DNA of 64,000 nucleotides from Candidatus Dadabacteria bacterium (GTDB lineage Bacteria; Desulfobacterota_D; UBA1144; Nemesobacterales; CSP1-2), in assembly GCA_963805855.1 (NCBI GenBank), contig CAWDVW010000002.1:352001-416000 (forward strand), written 5' to 3'. The notes under the pieces were generated by a model, which saw only the letters and a program-made list of their open reading frames with translations, did no database searches and was not told the DNA's origin. The position numbers were made by a program, and so were the translations under genes. Below, in pieces: positions 10,453 through 20,492 of the stretch (its first letter is position 1; every line of letters begins with the position of its first letter).

Positions 10453-10986
10453 TTATCCAAAAGAGTCACTTAGCTGTCCAATTATATTATCGGCTATGTT
10501 TTCGGGAGATTTGTTTTCAGTTTCAATTACTATATCTGCTTTTTCATAAAGGGGCATTCTCAAAGAAAGTAGCTCACGCACCTTTTCGAACGGTTTTTCG
10601 ACCTGAAGGAGAGGGCGCGACGTATCATTTTTTATTCTATTCCAGAGGACATCAGGAGATGCTTTGAGGTAGATAGTAATACCCTCCTCTTTCATGATTT
10701 TCCAATTAGATTGGCGTAAAACAACTCCTCCTCCTGTTGCAACTATCTGCCCGCCGTTCTGAGAAACGGATCGGAGCGTCTTAGATTCCAACTCCCTGAA
10801 AAAGGCCTCTCCATGGTCCGAGAATATACTGGAAATCGTCTTACCACATTCAGCTTCTATTAACTCGTCAAGATCGCAATACTCAAGCCGAAGCTTTTCA
10901 GCGAGAATCCTTCCAACGCTCGTCTTCCCGGCCCCCATGAAACCAATTAGGTAGATGTTTTTGGAGATTTTATTTTTAATTACCAT
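10453..10986 (-). CDS. aroK: Shikimate kinase
   Basis: GFMGAGKTSVG P-loop, GEAFFRELE, ATGGG and RPLL. Confidence 0.95.
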   Translation of the reverse strand: MVIKNKISKNIYLIGFMGAGKTSVGRILAEKLRLEYCDLDELIEAECGKTISSIFSDHGEAFFRELESKTLRSVSQNGGQIVATGGGVVLRQSNWKIMKEEGITIYLKASPDVLWNRIKNDTSRPLLQVEKPFEKVRELLSLRMPLYEKADIVIETENKSPENIADNIIGQLSDSFG

Positions 10987-11015
10987 TTATATGAATTTAG
11001 CCACAAACGGTAAGA

Positions 11016-11138
11016 CAATTTCCAAATCCCAAATAACGAATCGCAAACAATGACCAAATTTTAAATTCCAAACGCCAAACATTTGAAATTTCGTGCTTGG
11101 AATTTATTTGTAATTTGTAATTTGTTAATTGGGGCTTC
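11016..11138. repeat. Palindromic 7-bp-periodic element, AAATnnC type, copy 1
   Basis: AAATCCC/AAATTAC-like units followed by their reverse complements. The reverse complement aligns with 53322-53450. Confidence 0.75.
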
Positions 11139-11162
11139 ATAATCCGAGGTTGAGCTTCTCTA

Positions 11163-11795
11163 TCACAACTTCTTAACAAGCTTTCTTAAATCTTTCTTCT
11201 CTTTCTTCTCCACTACAAAGTTTTCCACATATTTCCCAATTATGTCGCATTCTATGTTAACTAAATCCCCTGTTCTCATATCACCAAAAACTGTAGCGTC
11301 CTGTGTGTATGGGATGATATTCACCGAAAATTTATCTCCGTCCACTCTGTTTACCGTCAGGCTTACACCGTCGATCGCTATTGACCCCTTTTCAACTACA
11401 TATCTTGAAAGCTCCGGTATCAATGTCACCCAGACTTCCCTTGATTCTCCCTTCTGCTCAATTGAACTTATCCTTCCAACTCCGTCCACATGCCCATTGA
11501 CAATATGACCACCTAGCCTATCTCCAACCTTTACCGCGCGCTCAAGATTTACCCTACTACCTACCCTGACCTTTGAGAGATTTGTCCTGTTGAGCGTTTC
11601 ATGAGAGGCTTTTACCTCAAAAGCTCCCTTACTCAATGATATAACGGTCAGACAGGTGCCATTTACTGATATACTTTCGCCGTGATCCAGTTCATCAACA
11701 TTAATTTTGTCTGTCGAAATAACAAAAACAACATCTTTTGCCTTCTTCTTTATCGCTTCAATCTTACCTAAATCCTCAACGATTCCTGTAAACAT
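11163..11795 (-). CDS. ribE: Riboflavin synthase
   Basis: MFTGIVE N-terminus, SISVNGTCLTV and GGHIVNGHVDG. Confidence 0.96.
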   Translation of the reverse strand: MFTGIVEDLGKIEAIKKKAKDVVFVISTDKINVDELDHGESISVNGTCLTVISLSKGAFEVKASHETLNRTNLSKVRVGSRVNLERAVKVGDRLGGHIVNGHVDGVGRISSIEQKGESREVWVTLIPELSRYVVEKGSIAIDGVSLTVNRVDGDKFSVNIIPYTQDATVFGDMRTGDLVNIECDIIGKYVENFVVEKKEKKDLRKLVKKL

Positions 11796-11797
11796 AT

Positions 11798-12283
11798 TTA
11801 TTTGCCTCTTTTTAGGAAGAATGTGTCAAATAGTATTAGAATGACGCCGATCGTTATTGCCGAATCGGCAACATTGAACGGTGGCCATTGATAATGTAGA
11901 TTTCCGAACCAATGGAAACCAAGAAAATCGGTGACGTAGCCGAACCTGAATCTGTCAATTGAATTACCAATTGCGCCGCCAAGTATCAGCCCAAGAGAGA
12001 CAACTAACACCCTGTCATTTTCTGCTACTTTCCTTAGAAATATGAATATTGCCAATATAGCTATGATCAGCACGATGGCGAATAATGGAAATCTTAGACT
12101 CTCAGGTAAATCGCGGAGTATGCCAAAGGCCGCGCCTGTATTCCTGAGATGTGTGATATCGAAGAACGGTAATACGTTGATCCTGGTATAGAGTGGGAGT
12201 TCCGTCCTGATAATCCATTTAGTTATTTGATCAACTACTATTACTGCAAGAGAAACAGCAACTGCTAATCTATATTTATTCAT
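11798..12283 (-). CDS. lspA: Lipoprotein signal peptidase II
   Basis: DQITK, NTGAAFG, GAIGNSIDR and FNVADS. Confidence 0.96.
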   Translation of the reverse strand: MNKYRLAVAVSLAVIVVDQITKWIIRTELPLYTRINVLPFFDITHLRNTGAAFGILRDLPESLRFPLFAIVLIIAILAIFIFLRKVAENDRVLVVSLGLILGGAIGNSIDRFRFGYVTDFLGFHWFGNLHYQWPPFNVADSAITIGVILILFDTFFLKRGK

Positions 12284-12350
12284 TGTTTTAGCAAGATTAT
12301 ATCGGATTAACCTGTTACTTCAACAAAGTGGCTTCCGTCCATAATTTTGT

Positions 12351-12837
12351 GTAGGCACTGACTTGTCTATGCAGCCTCAGCACGAACAAGTTCGTGCCTA
12401 CAGGCATTAGAGAAATAAGACATATAAGCCGCTCTTACAAGCATTACGTCATTCCCAAGCAATAGGCGTCCTTCGGCAGGCCTGTACTGAGTGAAATCGA
12501 ATTGCTCAGGGCAGGCTTGGCGCGAGTTGGAATCGCGGCTGGAAGCCGCTCCTACGGTGGGATAGAAACATCTCTTCGATCCTTCGACATCACTCCGGCC
12601 CAGGACAAAGCCCTCCCTGCGAGCAACGCTATTTAAATAGTCTTTAACAACTCAAAGGTCGGCGCTTTATTAATTTTATCGTGGCTAGATGCCACTCCTA
12701 TGTGCGGGACTGGAAAATCCCGCCTATCTGAAGGATAGTTTAGAGAAATCTCCCTCTATCCTTCTTTTCATAATGACGGATCATTGCAGGCGCAGACTTG
12801 TGTCTGCAACCTCAGCACGAACAAGTTCGTGCCTACA
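12351..12837. repeat. Cluster of REP-like palindromes (GTAG and GATAG classes)
   Basis: 28-bp identical copies at 12375-12402 and 12810-12837. 12532-12555 is the reverse complement of the REP beside the RAYT. A GATAG-type palindrome lies at 12704-12728. Confidence 0.8.
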
Positions 12838-12852
12838 AAAATAACTTCCCTT

Positions 12853-15096
12853 TTATCTACCCTTTGCCCACCTACCGCGTTCGATAAAATCAATAGCGTA
12901 ATCTCTCGATTTACCATCTGGATCGATGAAAATAATCCGTTGGAACTTTCCTATTGCTCCATCATAGTCACCTACGGAAAAAAGGTTAATGCCGAGAAGT
13001 TTTAGATTCTCTATTTCTAGCTCTATTGAAGGCAAACCCAACCATTCGGATTGTTTGAGATATGAAGCGGCTTTTTCGAATTCCCCGTTTTTGTAAAATA
13101 TCCGCCCGAGCAAATAATACGCAGGTGAATAGTAGGGGTTATTCCTTATTAATTCCTCTAATGAACTAACGTGGATCAAATCATCTGTGGTGGAAAAAGA
13201 CTCCCGAATCCTTTCCTCTATCATCCCGCCAGCCGAGATCGCTGAGAGCTTCACATCTAATTCCCTCTCTAGACTGTCTGTAAGCGGACGCATGACCAGA
13301 TTTCTAAAGACTCGTTCCGCTTCCTCAACTTCCCCAGTTTGCCACAGAAGATTTCCTTTCAGGTTTTCGAGAATGGCTTTATCAATATCGGGAAACGAAA
13401 AGTCATTTTCGAGAAGCTTTCTCAGCTCGTCATAATCCTTGTCAAAATAGTAGGAGTAAGCGAGACTTTCGATAACTCCCGGATCATCCGGATTTAATTC
13501 AGACGCCTCGAGAAAGAGGTTCTTTGATCCATAGAAATTACCATCGTCAAAATCCTTAACCCCCATTTGTTTTAATTCCGCAATCCTTCTCGGACACCTC
13601 CCCTGAAATATACTGGGTTCCTGAAACATGTATTTAGCGAGTATATTTAACTTCGAAGGAATCGTAATTCCATCTAAGAAAGATCTCCATTCCCGTGTGA
13701 GTTCATCCAGACTCTTCCCATAAATCGAAAAGTCTCCGGTCTTATAAAGAGCTTTGAACCTTTCAATTCCGTAATTATCAATCAGAAAACGCGAAAAAGA
13801 ACCCATAAGTGTATAACTTTTTCTTGGAGGTGCGTACCAGAATCCAAAACCGACTATGGAGTTTATGTCGGGAGCATCGCCCAATTCGATCATTGCTTTT
13901 GACCATTGATGCGGTGTGTAGCTATCCCTGCTCCAATCCGAAGCTACTGCAAGCCCTTCAATCAGCCCAATCTTAGGGCTAACATGAAGGATTTTCATCC
14001 CGAATCCTGAAGCCATAACATGCGCAAGCTCATGTTTTAAGACCGGATCGGGAAATGTATCGTAAACAAGATGGATTTCATTCTTGACAGGATTTGCCAC
14101 GGTGGTCTCACCGGCGCCAATCAATTTTTTCCTCGTCTCTGTATCGGGATAGATATAGGATCGGATCTTCTCGCCCGGATTGATCTTTAACAGATCTTTT
14201 AATCGCCTGAACCTCCATTCATGATCTTCTGCGATGAGGCGAATATTTTGCGCCACTTCAGTACCCGGAGAATAATGAATCACAAAATGCTCTGTTTCAA
14301 AGGATGACTTCAGGTAATTTTGAGTTATATATTCTCTCGTATAGCTTATTCCGATTTCATTTTCATTTAAGTAAACTACAACTAAGACACCAACGATTGA
14401 TAAAAAAATCACGATATCCCAAAAACCCAATACTCCATGTTTAAAGCCATTAAGCAGCCTGGCGGAAAGCCTGGCGGAAATCAGGAATAGAATTCCCCAG
14501 CACAAGGTTAAAATTCGATAGACGATGAACGTTGTTGTGATGGGAATGACTTCATCGTATAGCGGACCCGGGAAGTACCCTATAACAATATTATAGAAAA
14601 AGAAGGAGGGGTCATTATAAACTTGCCATATGGAAAAACAGATCGTGGAAATAAGGATAAGCGCAGCTACCAAGAATCCCCATCTTCGGAAAAGGGTTCC
14701 GCATAGAATACCGAGCCCGGTCGAGAAAAACACCGTAACAAGAGGAATCAAAAGATAAAAATATAGTCCTTCTCTTACAAAGCAATCCTGTTTCAGCATG
14801 GAACTTGCAAGGCCTATTAAAAGGGGACAGACTGCGATCAGATAATTAGTTATGAAAATTGTAGATGCTAGATCACCGAATCCTTTTTCCGTTCCGAATT
14901 TTGTACGAAATTCGACGCCTGCAAATTTTGAGGAGATAAAAACTGATACAAAAGCTAAAATAAACGAAATCGCTAAAGAGTACTCATAGCCCAGTGTGCC
15001 AATTAAAGGTAGGAAGGTTATTGCTATTGATATCAGTATCACTAAAACAATTGATATAATGACTTTAGTCGAAAAGAATATCTCTCTAAAAAACAT
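12853..15096 (-). CDS. Membrane-anchored zinc metallopeptidase (HExxH, MA/gluzincin-like) with C-terminal TPR repeats
   Basis: About 7 N-terminal TM segments, HELAH followed by GLIEGLA, and TPR-like helices at the C-terminus. Confidence 0.7.
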   Translation of the reverse strand: MFFREIFFSTKVIISIVLVILISIAITFLPLIGTLGYEYSLAISFILAFVSVFISSKFAGVEFRTKFGTEKGFGDLASTIFITNYLIAVCPLLIGLASSMLKQDCFVREGLYFYLLIPLVTVFFSTGLGILCGTLFRRWGFLVAALILISTICFSIWQVYNDPSFFFYNIVIGYFPGPLYDEVIPITTTFIVYRILTLCWGILFLISARLSARLLNGFKHGVLGFWDIVIFLSIVGVLVVVYLNENEIGISYTREYITQNYLKSSFETEHFVIHYSPGTEVAQNIRLIAEDHEWRFRRLKDLLKINPGEKIRSYIYPDTETRKKLIGAGETTVANPVKNEIHLVYDTFPDPVLKHELAHVMASGFGMKILHVSPKIGLIEGLAVASDWSRDSYTPHQWSKAMIELGDAPDINSIVGFGFWYAPPRKSYTLMGSFSRFLIDNYGIERFKALYKTGDFSIYGKSLDELTREWRSFLDGITIPSKLNILAKYMFQEPSIFQGRCPRRIAELKQMGVKDFDDGNFYGSKNLFLEASELNPDDPGVIESLAYSYYFDKDYDELRKLLENDFSFPDIDKAILENLKGNLLWQTGEVEEAERVFRNLVMRPLTDSLERELDVKLSAISAGGMIEERIRESFSTTDDLIHVSSLEELIRNNPYYSPAYYLLGRIFYKNGEFEKAASYLKQSEWLGLPSIELEIENLKLLGINLFSVGDYDGAIGKFQRIIFIDPDGKSRDYAIDFIERGRWAKGR

Positions 15097-15355
15097 GGAT
15101 TAGTGCTCCGCGTTTATATCAAATAAGAACCATCAATATTGGATTCGTTGAAAAAATACATCATTTCTCTCAAATAATGAATAGCCCCGAGCGAATCTCT
15201 AGATTATTAGCGCATGAACCAACAGTCTCTTCGGTAATTGCTGTAAATGTCTCGTAATTCGACGACAGAATCCAAAAAATAATAAATCTTCTCGAAACTT
15301 ACTCATCCGTCATCCTCGAATGTTTTAATCGGGGATCCATGGTTTAGTCTTTTAT

Positions 15356-15598
15356 TTTCTTTGTCTTGATACAAAGAAACAAAAATCAATGGCTGACAAA
15401 AAACGCTTGCGTATCGAGCGAATGCGAGATATCTATTGCTATAATTAATTAGTTCTCTCAGTCACTTTGTTCCTTCGAGATGACAGTAATGATTGTCACT
15501 TTTTTTTACGCTTCCGGAATTGATTTTGGCAATTTTTTGAATGCCCATTTAAAATCTAAGAAATTGTCCCCGAATTATCTAACATCTACAGCAATGAC
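15356..15598. repeat. About 243-bp dispersed repeat, copy 2
   Basis: Near-identical to 4816-5058. Confidence 0.92.
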
Positions 15599-15614
15599 AG
15601 TGGATACCGTGTAG

Positions 15615-16052
15615 CTACAGGAAATTGGTATAGGACTATTCTATTCAACTATTACGACCGCGGCTGTTACTTCTCTGGATCCATCCCGTGCAAGTCTCGC
15701 CGGAGGTATTATCTATATGTTCCAGATTGCAGATGCAGCCTTGGGCCTTGGAATTACTACGAATATTTTCATTTCATCTTCTAGGGGTTTTCTTGCTCGT
15801 GAAATCAAAAGACTTGGGGTCTCAATAACGGATACACAGAAGAGTGTTATAAAAGGAATTCTGGCCGGCATTGAAATTATTAAAGATGCTAAAGAGTTTT
15901 TTAACCCGGAACTCTTCAACCGTATTATTTCAATCATACACTAAGCCTTTATGCACGGGCTCGAGGATGGATTTGCTTTTGCCGGCGCGTCAGCCCTAGT
16001 ATCATTCGTGATTGCGCTGTTATTCGTTGGGCGACGTTATAGCTCAAGCTAA
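15615..16052 (+). pseudogene. MFS (DHA2/EmrB-like) transporter remnant, 3' part only
   Basis: One frame reads IGIGLFYSTITTAAVTSLDPSRASLAGGIIYMFQIA..., hits an internal TAA (15942-15944), then reads AFMHGLEDGFAFAGASALVSFVIALLFVG. No 5' part is present. Confidence 0.72.
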
Positions 16053-16070
16053 AATTAGATTTATCTGCCT

Positions 16071-16649
16071 GTGTTAGCTTTTAATGGTAATATAGAAAAC
16101 CAAAATATGAAGGAGGAACACATAATGGACATTTCCTCAAAAATCAAAATTGCTGGAGTCAAACCTCTTAATTTGCCCACCCCCGAACATGCGCTACCAC
16201 TTCTTACTGCTGAGATCGAGGATGGCGATGACCGCCTATGGATGAAATTAACAGATACGGTTTATAGCCGTCCATTGGCTATCTTCACATCGACGGGAGG
16301 GTGGATTGAGTTTTTTAAATCGACAACCTCAGGCTTCATGAATCGCCATCGTCATGACACACCGGTAATGGTATACGGCATCTCCGGGTCGTGGGGCTAT
16401 TTAGAACATGAATGGATTGCTAGCCCCGGTTCATTCCTCTATGAACCCGTTGGTGAAAGTCATACCTTTGTTGTATATAGTAATGAAGGCATGAAAGGGC
16501 TGGCACATATGTTTGGTCCGATTACGTTCATAGATGAGAACGGAAAAGACTTGGCAAACGTCGGAGCACTAGATGTTCTTGATAAATACAAAAACCATTG
16601 TGCGGAAGTTGGATTGGGAGCCGAATATGCTGAATCTTTGATCCGGTAA
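16071..16649 (+). CDS. Cupin, 2,4'-dihydroxyacetophenone dioxygenase-like
   Basis: NRHRH...GSWGYLEHEW...YEPVGESHT cupin motifs. The start may be further downstream. Confidence 0.8.
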   Translation: MLAFNGNIENQNMKEEHIMDISSKIKIAGVKPLNLPTPEHALPLLTAEIEDGDDRLWMKLTDTVYSRPLAIFTSTGGWIEFFKSTTSGFMNRHRHDTPVMVYGISGSWGYLEHEWIASPGSFLYEPVGESHTFVVYSNEGMKGLAHMFGPITFIDENGKDLANVGALDVLDKYKNHCAEVGLGAEYAESLIR

Positions 16650-16691
16650 CCTATTTTAATCGATTAAATACGGCTATTTCAACGGATTGTC

Positions 16692-17441
16692 ATGAAGTCA
16701 AAATTTCTGGGTCAGACCCTATCGAATTTTAATACGCTTTCCTTTCACCATTACCCGATAAGGAAAATATTAAAAGACTCATTAGTCGCCCTCTTTATCA
16801 TTTTTGTTCTGATTTTAATTGCTCAATATGTGGGGGATTATATAACTCCCACCGAGGAATGGATTAAGGCTCAAGGCGTATTCGGACCGATAATTTTCAT
16901 CCTTGCATTCTGGATTTGTACCATAATCTTCATTCCTGGAAATTTATTCGCAATAGCTTCGGGGCTACTCTTCGGACTCAAATCGGGATTCATATATACC
17001 AGCATGGCCGAAGTATCAGGCGCTATTATTCTATTTTTGATTGCAAGGTATCTGGCCAGGAATACGGTTGAGACATACCTGAAAAACCATCCAAAATTTT
17101 TTGAGATTGACAAGCTGGTCAGCAAAAAGGGGAAGAAGGTTATGATGCTGTTACGTCTCGTGCCATTGCCATATACTTTCTTATGCTATTTGTTTGGAGT
17201 TAGTGAGGTCTCCTTCAAAGATTACGTAATTGCTCTACCCGTCATTTTCCCAAAACTGTTTTTAATGGTCTATTTTGGATATGTGGCCAACAAACTGACA
17301 AAATTATCGGCTGGCTCAGCCAGTAATTACTCTGACATTCACTATATTTCGCTGATTTTTGGCGTTATCGTTTCGATTATTGCCATCGCATACATAGGAC
17401 ATTTTGTCCTTCTGGTTCTGAGAAAAGCTGATCAACAATAG
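16692..17441 (+). CDS. TVP38/TMEM64 (DedA/VTT) family membrane protein
   Basis: FIPGNLFAIASGLLFG, FLIARYLAR and LRLVPLPY motifs. Confidence 0.88.
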   Translation: MKSKFLGQTLSNFNTLSFHHYPIRKILKDSLVALFIIFVLILIAQYVGDYITPTEEWIKAQGVFGPIIFILAFWICTIIFIPGNLFAIASGLLFGLKSGFIYTSMAEVSGAIILFLIARYLARNTVETYLKNHPKFFEIDKLVSKKGKKVMMLLRLVPLPYTFLCYLFGVSEVSFKDYVIALPVIFPKLFLMVYFGYVANKLTKLSAGSASNYSDIHYISLIFGVIVSIIAIAYIGHFVLLVLRKADQQ

Positions 17442-17576
17442 TGATAATTATATTAATTCGGGTATCATTTACGCTTTATCTATCTTTTCTCAAAATAACT
17501 GAGCTTTTCGAGTTATAATATTAACGCCTTTTACTTTATATCTTTCTCAAAATCACTAATGCCAAGCTAAGACGTA

Positions 17577-18362
17577 ATGTTACAATCACCAATTATTACA
17601 TATATTGGGCATGCCACAGTTTTAATAGAAATGAACGGCATGCGTATCTTGACCGACCCTGTCCTTCGCCACAGACTAGGATTACTCAGACATCTGAGAA
17701 CAGTCATAGCTCCGGCTGATTATGATAATATCGATGCCGTGTTAATATCTCATGTCCACCTAGACCACCTGGATATCCCCTCACTCAGGTTAGTTGAAAA
17801 GGGTACCCCGATAATAGTTCCTCAAGGGACCCGGAAGTTACTCCATAGGCGAGGTTTCAGAAACGTAGTCGAAATGCATATCTGCGATTCCATAAATATT
17901 GGTTCAATCAGCGTTAGATCTACATATGCACGTCATGGAGGAAAGCGATATCCGTTTGGTACGCAGGCTGATAGTATGGGTTATATCATTGATGGTTCCC
18001 ATAGTATTTACTTCGCGGGTGATACTGATTTATTCCCCGAAATGGCTGATCTTTGGGATGATCTAGACCTCGCCCTCCTCCCTATTTGGGGTTGGGGACC
18101 AACGTTGAGCAAAGGCCATTTGAACCCATATAGCGCTGCGGAAGCGCTGAGACTCCTATCTCCTCGTTTCGCAATACCCATTCATTGGGGAACACTTCAC
18201 CCATTGGGTATGGGCTGGATGAAGCCAAGATTCCTTTACGATCCACCCGACGACTTCGTCCGTCACGCGGCAACTATTGCTCCTGATGTGAAGATTCATG
18301 TGGTCAAGCCCGGTAGCATTGTAGACATATCTGGAGATTATCGACCCGATGCGCCTACGTAG
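17577..18362 (+). CDS. MBL-fold metallo-hydrolase (NAPE-PLD/UlaG-like)
   Basis: SHVHLDHLD, YFAGDT and PIHWGT. Confidence 0.9.
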   Translation: MLQSPIITYIGHATVLIEMNGMRILTDPVLRHRLGLLRHLRTVIAPADYDNIDAVLISHVHLDHLDIPSLRLVEKGTPIIVPQGTRKLLHRRGFRNVVEMHICDSINIGSISVRSTYARHGGKRYPFGTQADSMGYIIDGSHSIYFAGDTDLFPEMADLWDDLDLALLPIWGWGPTLSKGHLNPYSAAEALRLLSPRFAIPIHWGTLHPLGMGWMKPRFLYDPPDDFVRHAATIAPDVKIHVVKPGSIVDISGDYRPDAPT

Positions 18363-20415
18363 GGAAATATCCGAATTTTTCACCCTTGCATGGTTTACCA
18401 GAGTATTGATAATATGGGCCTTGGAAGTAGCTGGTCTCCTATTTCTTGTGGCGATATTACCAGGTTTGACAGTCATAAACTGGGATACCGCCATTTGGAC
18501 TATCTTATTAATAAGTCTCTTGAACGCCCTGATATGGCCGACACTTGTATACCTAACAGTGCCGTTTACCGTGCTTACATTCATACTTTTAACACTCGTG
18601 TTTAATGGCTTCATAATATGGTTATCAGGTCAGATTGATCCGAGCTTTGAATCGATAGGATACTGGAGTATATCGCTTGGAGCTTTGGGATTGACAGTCG
18701 TTAACGCATTGCTGATCGGCTTTCTTGCTATTGACTTCCACGAATCCTATCATCGCTATGTAATTCAACAATTCTCATCTAAGAAAGGAAATTCTGCAAA
18801 ATTTAACACACCGGGTGTAATGTTCTTAGAGATTGACGGACTCTCGGCTCCCGTATTAAGAAATGCGATTGAAATGGGTCAAATGCCGACTTTAGCCCGC
18901 TGGTTAAACAGTGGGAGCCACAGACTGATTGAATGGGAGTGCGATTTATCTTCCCAGACTGCTGCAAGTCAGGCAGGAATTCTACACGGAAACAACTTCG
19001 ACATACCCGCCTTCAGATGGTACGAAAAAGACAATGGAAAGATTATGGTATCCAACCATCCTCGTCACACGGCTGAGATCGAACAGCGTATGTCGGATGG
19101 TAATGGGCTGTTGGTGAATGAAGGAGCAAGCAGGGGCAATATGTTTTCAGGCGATGCTCCCGATGTCATGTTTACATTCAGCACACTTGCAGGACTTTCC
19201 AATGTTCATACCAAAACTTACTACCATTACTTCATAAATCCATATAATTTTGCCCGGATGATCGAGTTGTTTATCTGGGATATCATACTGGAGAAATATG
19301 CCGCATGGAAACAGAAGCTAACGGATGAACGTCCTCGAGTAAAGAGAAGAGGGGCATATCCGATTCTCAGGGCATTTACGACCATTTTCCTTAGGGAGCT
19401 CAGTATTTATATGTTGATTGGGGATATGTTCAAGGGGATACCTTCGGCTTATACCACCTTTGTCGGCTACGATGAGGTTGCACATCATTCCGGTATTGAA
19501 CGGGCCGACGCAATTGATGTCTTAAGAAAGCTGGACCATCAGTTCGCAAGACTTGAGGAAGCGGCAAATCAATCCCCGAGGCGATATCATTTTGTCGTTC
19601 TATCAGACCACGGTCAAAGTCAGGGCGCTACGTTCCTGCAAACACACAATATGACTCTAGCAGAATGCGTAAGGAGATTGATCTCAGAGGAGCACGCCGT
19701 TGAAAGCACAGAACACGCAAGCGAGGGATGGGGAAGCCTAAATGCATTTCTCACCGAATTCATGAAGGATGAAGAGCGCCGAGCGTCGCGTATTCTGAGA
19801 GGGATTATTAAACCAAGGACCTACAGTGGTAATGTAGTTTTGGGACCGGATCACAGGCACTATGTGCATGATAAAAAGCCCATAGAAAAAAGGGCAGCCG
19901 AAGTGGTAGTGCTGCCCTCAGGAAATTTAGGACTCGTTTATTTTACTGATTGGAAGGAACGATTAAGTTATGAAAAAATAAGGGAAAATTTTCCAAACGT
20001 CATACCTGGCTTGGTTCAGCATCCCGGAATCGGCTTCATCATGGTTCATTCTGAAGAAAACGGGCCAATGGCGATTGGGGCTAAAGGCACTCATTTTTTA
20101 GAAAATGGAATGATCGAAGGGGAGGATCCACTCAAGAATTTCAGCCCCAATGCTCCCGAACACCTTAGGCGAAGCGATACCTTCCCGCACGTCCCAGACA
20201 TCCTGGTAAACAGTCTCTATGACCCCCAAACCGGTGAAGTGGCCGCCTTCGAGGAACTCGTTGGCTCTCATGGCGGGCTGGGTGGATATCAGTCGAGGCC
20301 TTTCATATTTTATCCATCAGATTGGGAAACGCCTAACGAAAAAATAGTAGGTGCCACATCGGTATACTCATTACTAAAATCATGGGTTACACAGTGTTCA
20401 GGTACAGAAACTTAA
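18349..20415 (+). CDS. 4-TM holin-like (YvlD/DUF360) domain fused to an alkaline-phosphatase-superfamily (phosphodiesterase) domain
   Basis: N-terminal LLNALIWP...PFTVLT TM region, then EIDGLS, SQTAASQ, YDEVAHHSG, LSDHGQS and GSHGGLGG. Confidence 0.82.
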   Translation: MRLRREISEFFTLAWFTRVLIIWALEVAGLLFLVAILPGLTVINWDTAIWTILLISLLNALIWPTLVYLTVPFTVLTFILLTLVFNGFIIWLSGQIDPSFESIGYWSISLGALGLTVVNALLIGFLAIDFHESYHRYVIQQFSSKKGNSAKFNTPGVMFLEIDGLSAPVLRNAIEMGQMPTLARWLNSGSHRLIEWECDLSSQTAASQAGILHGNNFDIPAFRWYEKDNGKIMVSNHPRHTAEIEQRMSDGNGLLVNEGASRGNMFSGDAPDVMFTFSTLAGLSNVHTKTYYHYFINPYNFARMIELFIWDIILEKYAAWKQKLTDERPRVKRRGAYPILRAFTTIFLRELSIYMLIGDMFKGIPSAYTTFVGYDEVAHHSGIERADAIDVLRKLDHQFARLEEAANQSPRRYHFVVLSDHGQSQGATFLQTHNMTLAECVRRLISEEHAVESTEHASEGWGSLNAFLTEFMKDEERRASRILRGIIKPRTYSGNVVLGPDHRHYVHDKKPIEKRAAEVVVLPSGNLGLVYFTDWKERLSYEKIRENFPNVIPGLVQHPGIGFIMVHSEENGPMAIGAKGTHFLENGMIEGEDPLKNFSPNAPEHLRRSDTFPHVPDILVNSLYDPQTGEVAAFEELVGSHGGLGGYQSRPFIFYPSDWETPNEKIVGATSVYSLLKSWVTQCSGTET

Positions 20416-20492
20416 ACCCTAATACAAACATAGAAGACGGTTTAAGACCTCAGGTAGATTCGGGTTTCTTAACACCTTGTGTTTTTATACAC

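Noticed and set aside
10997-11179. 60-aa ORF between ribE and aroK
   Set aside because: It is a translation of the heptad palindrome, not a credible protein.
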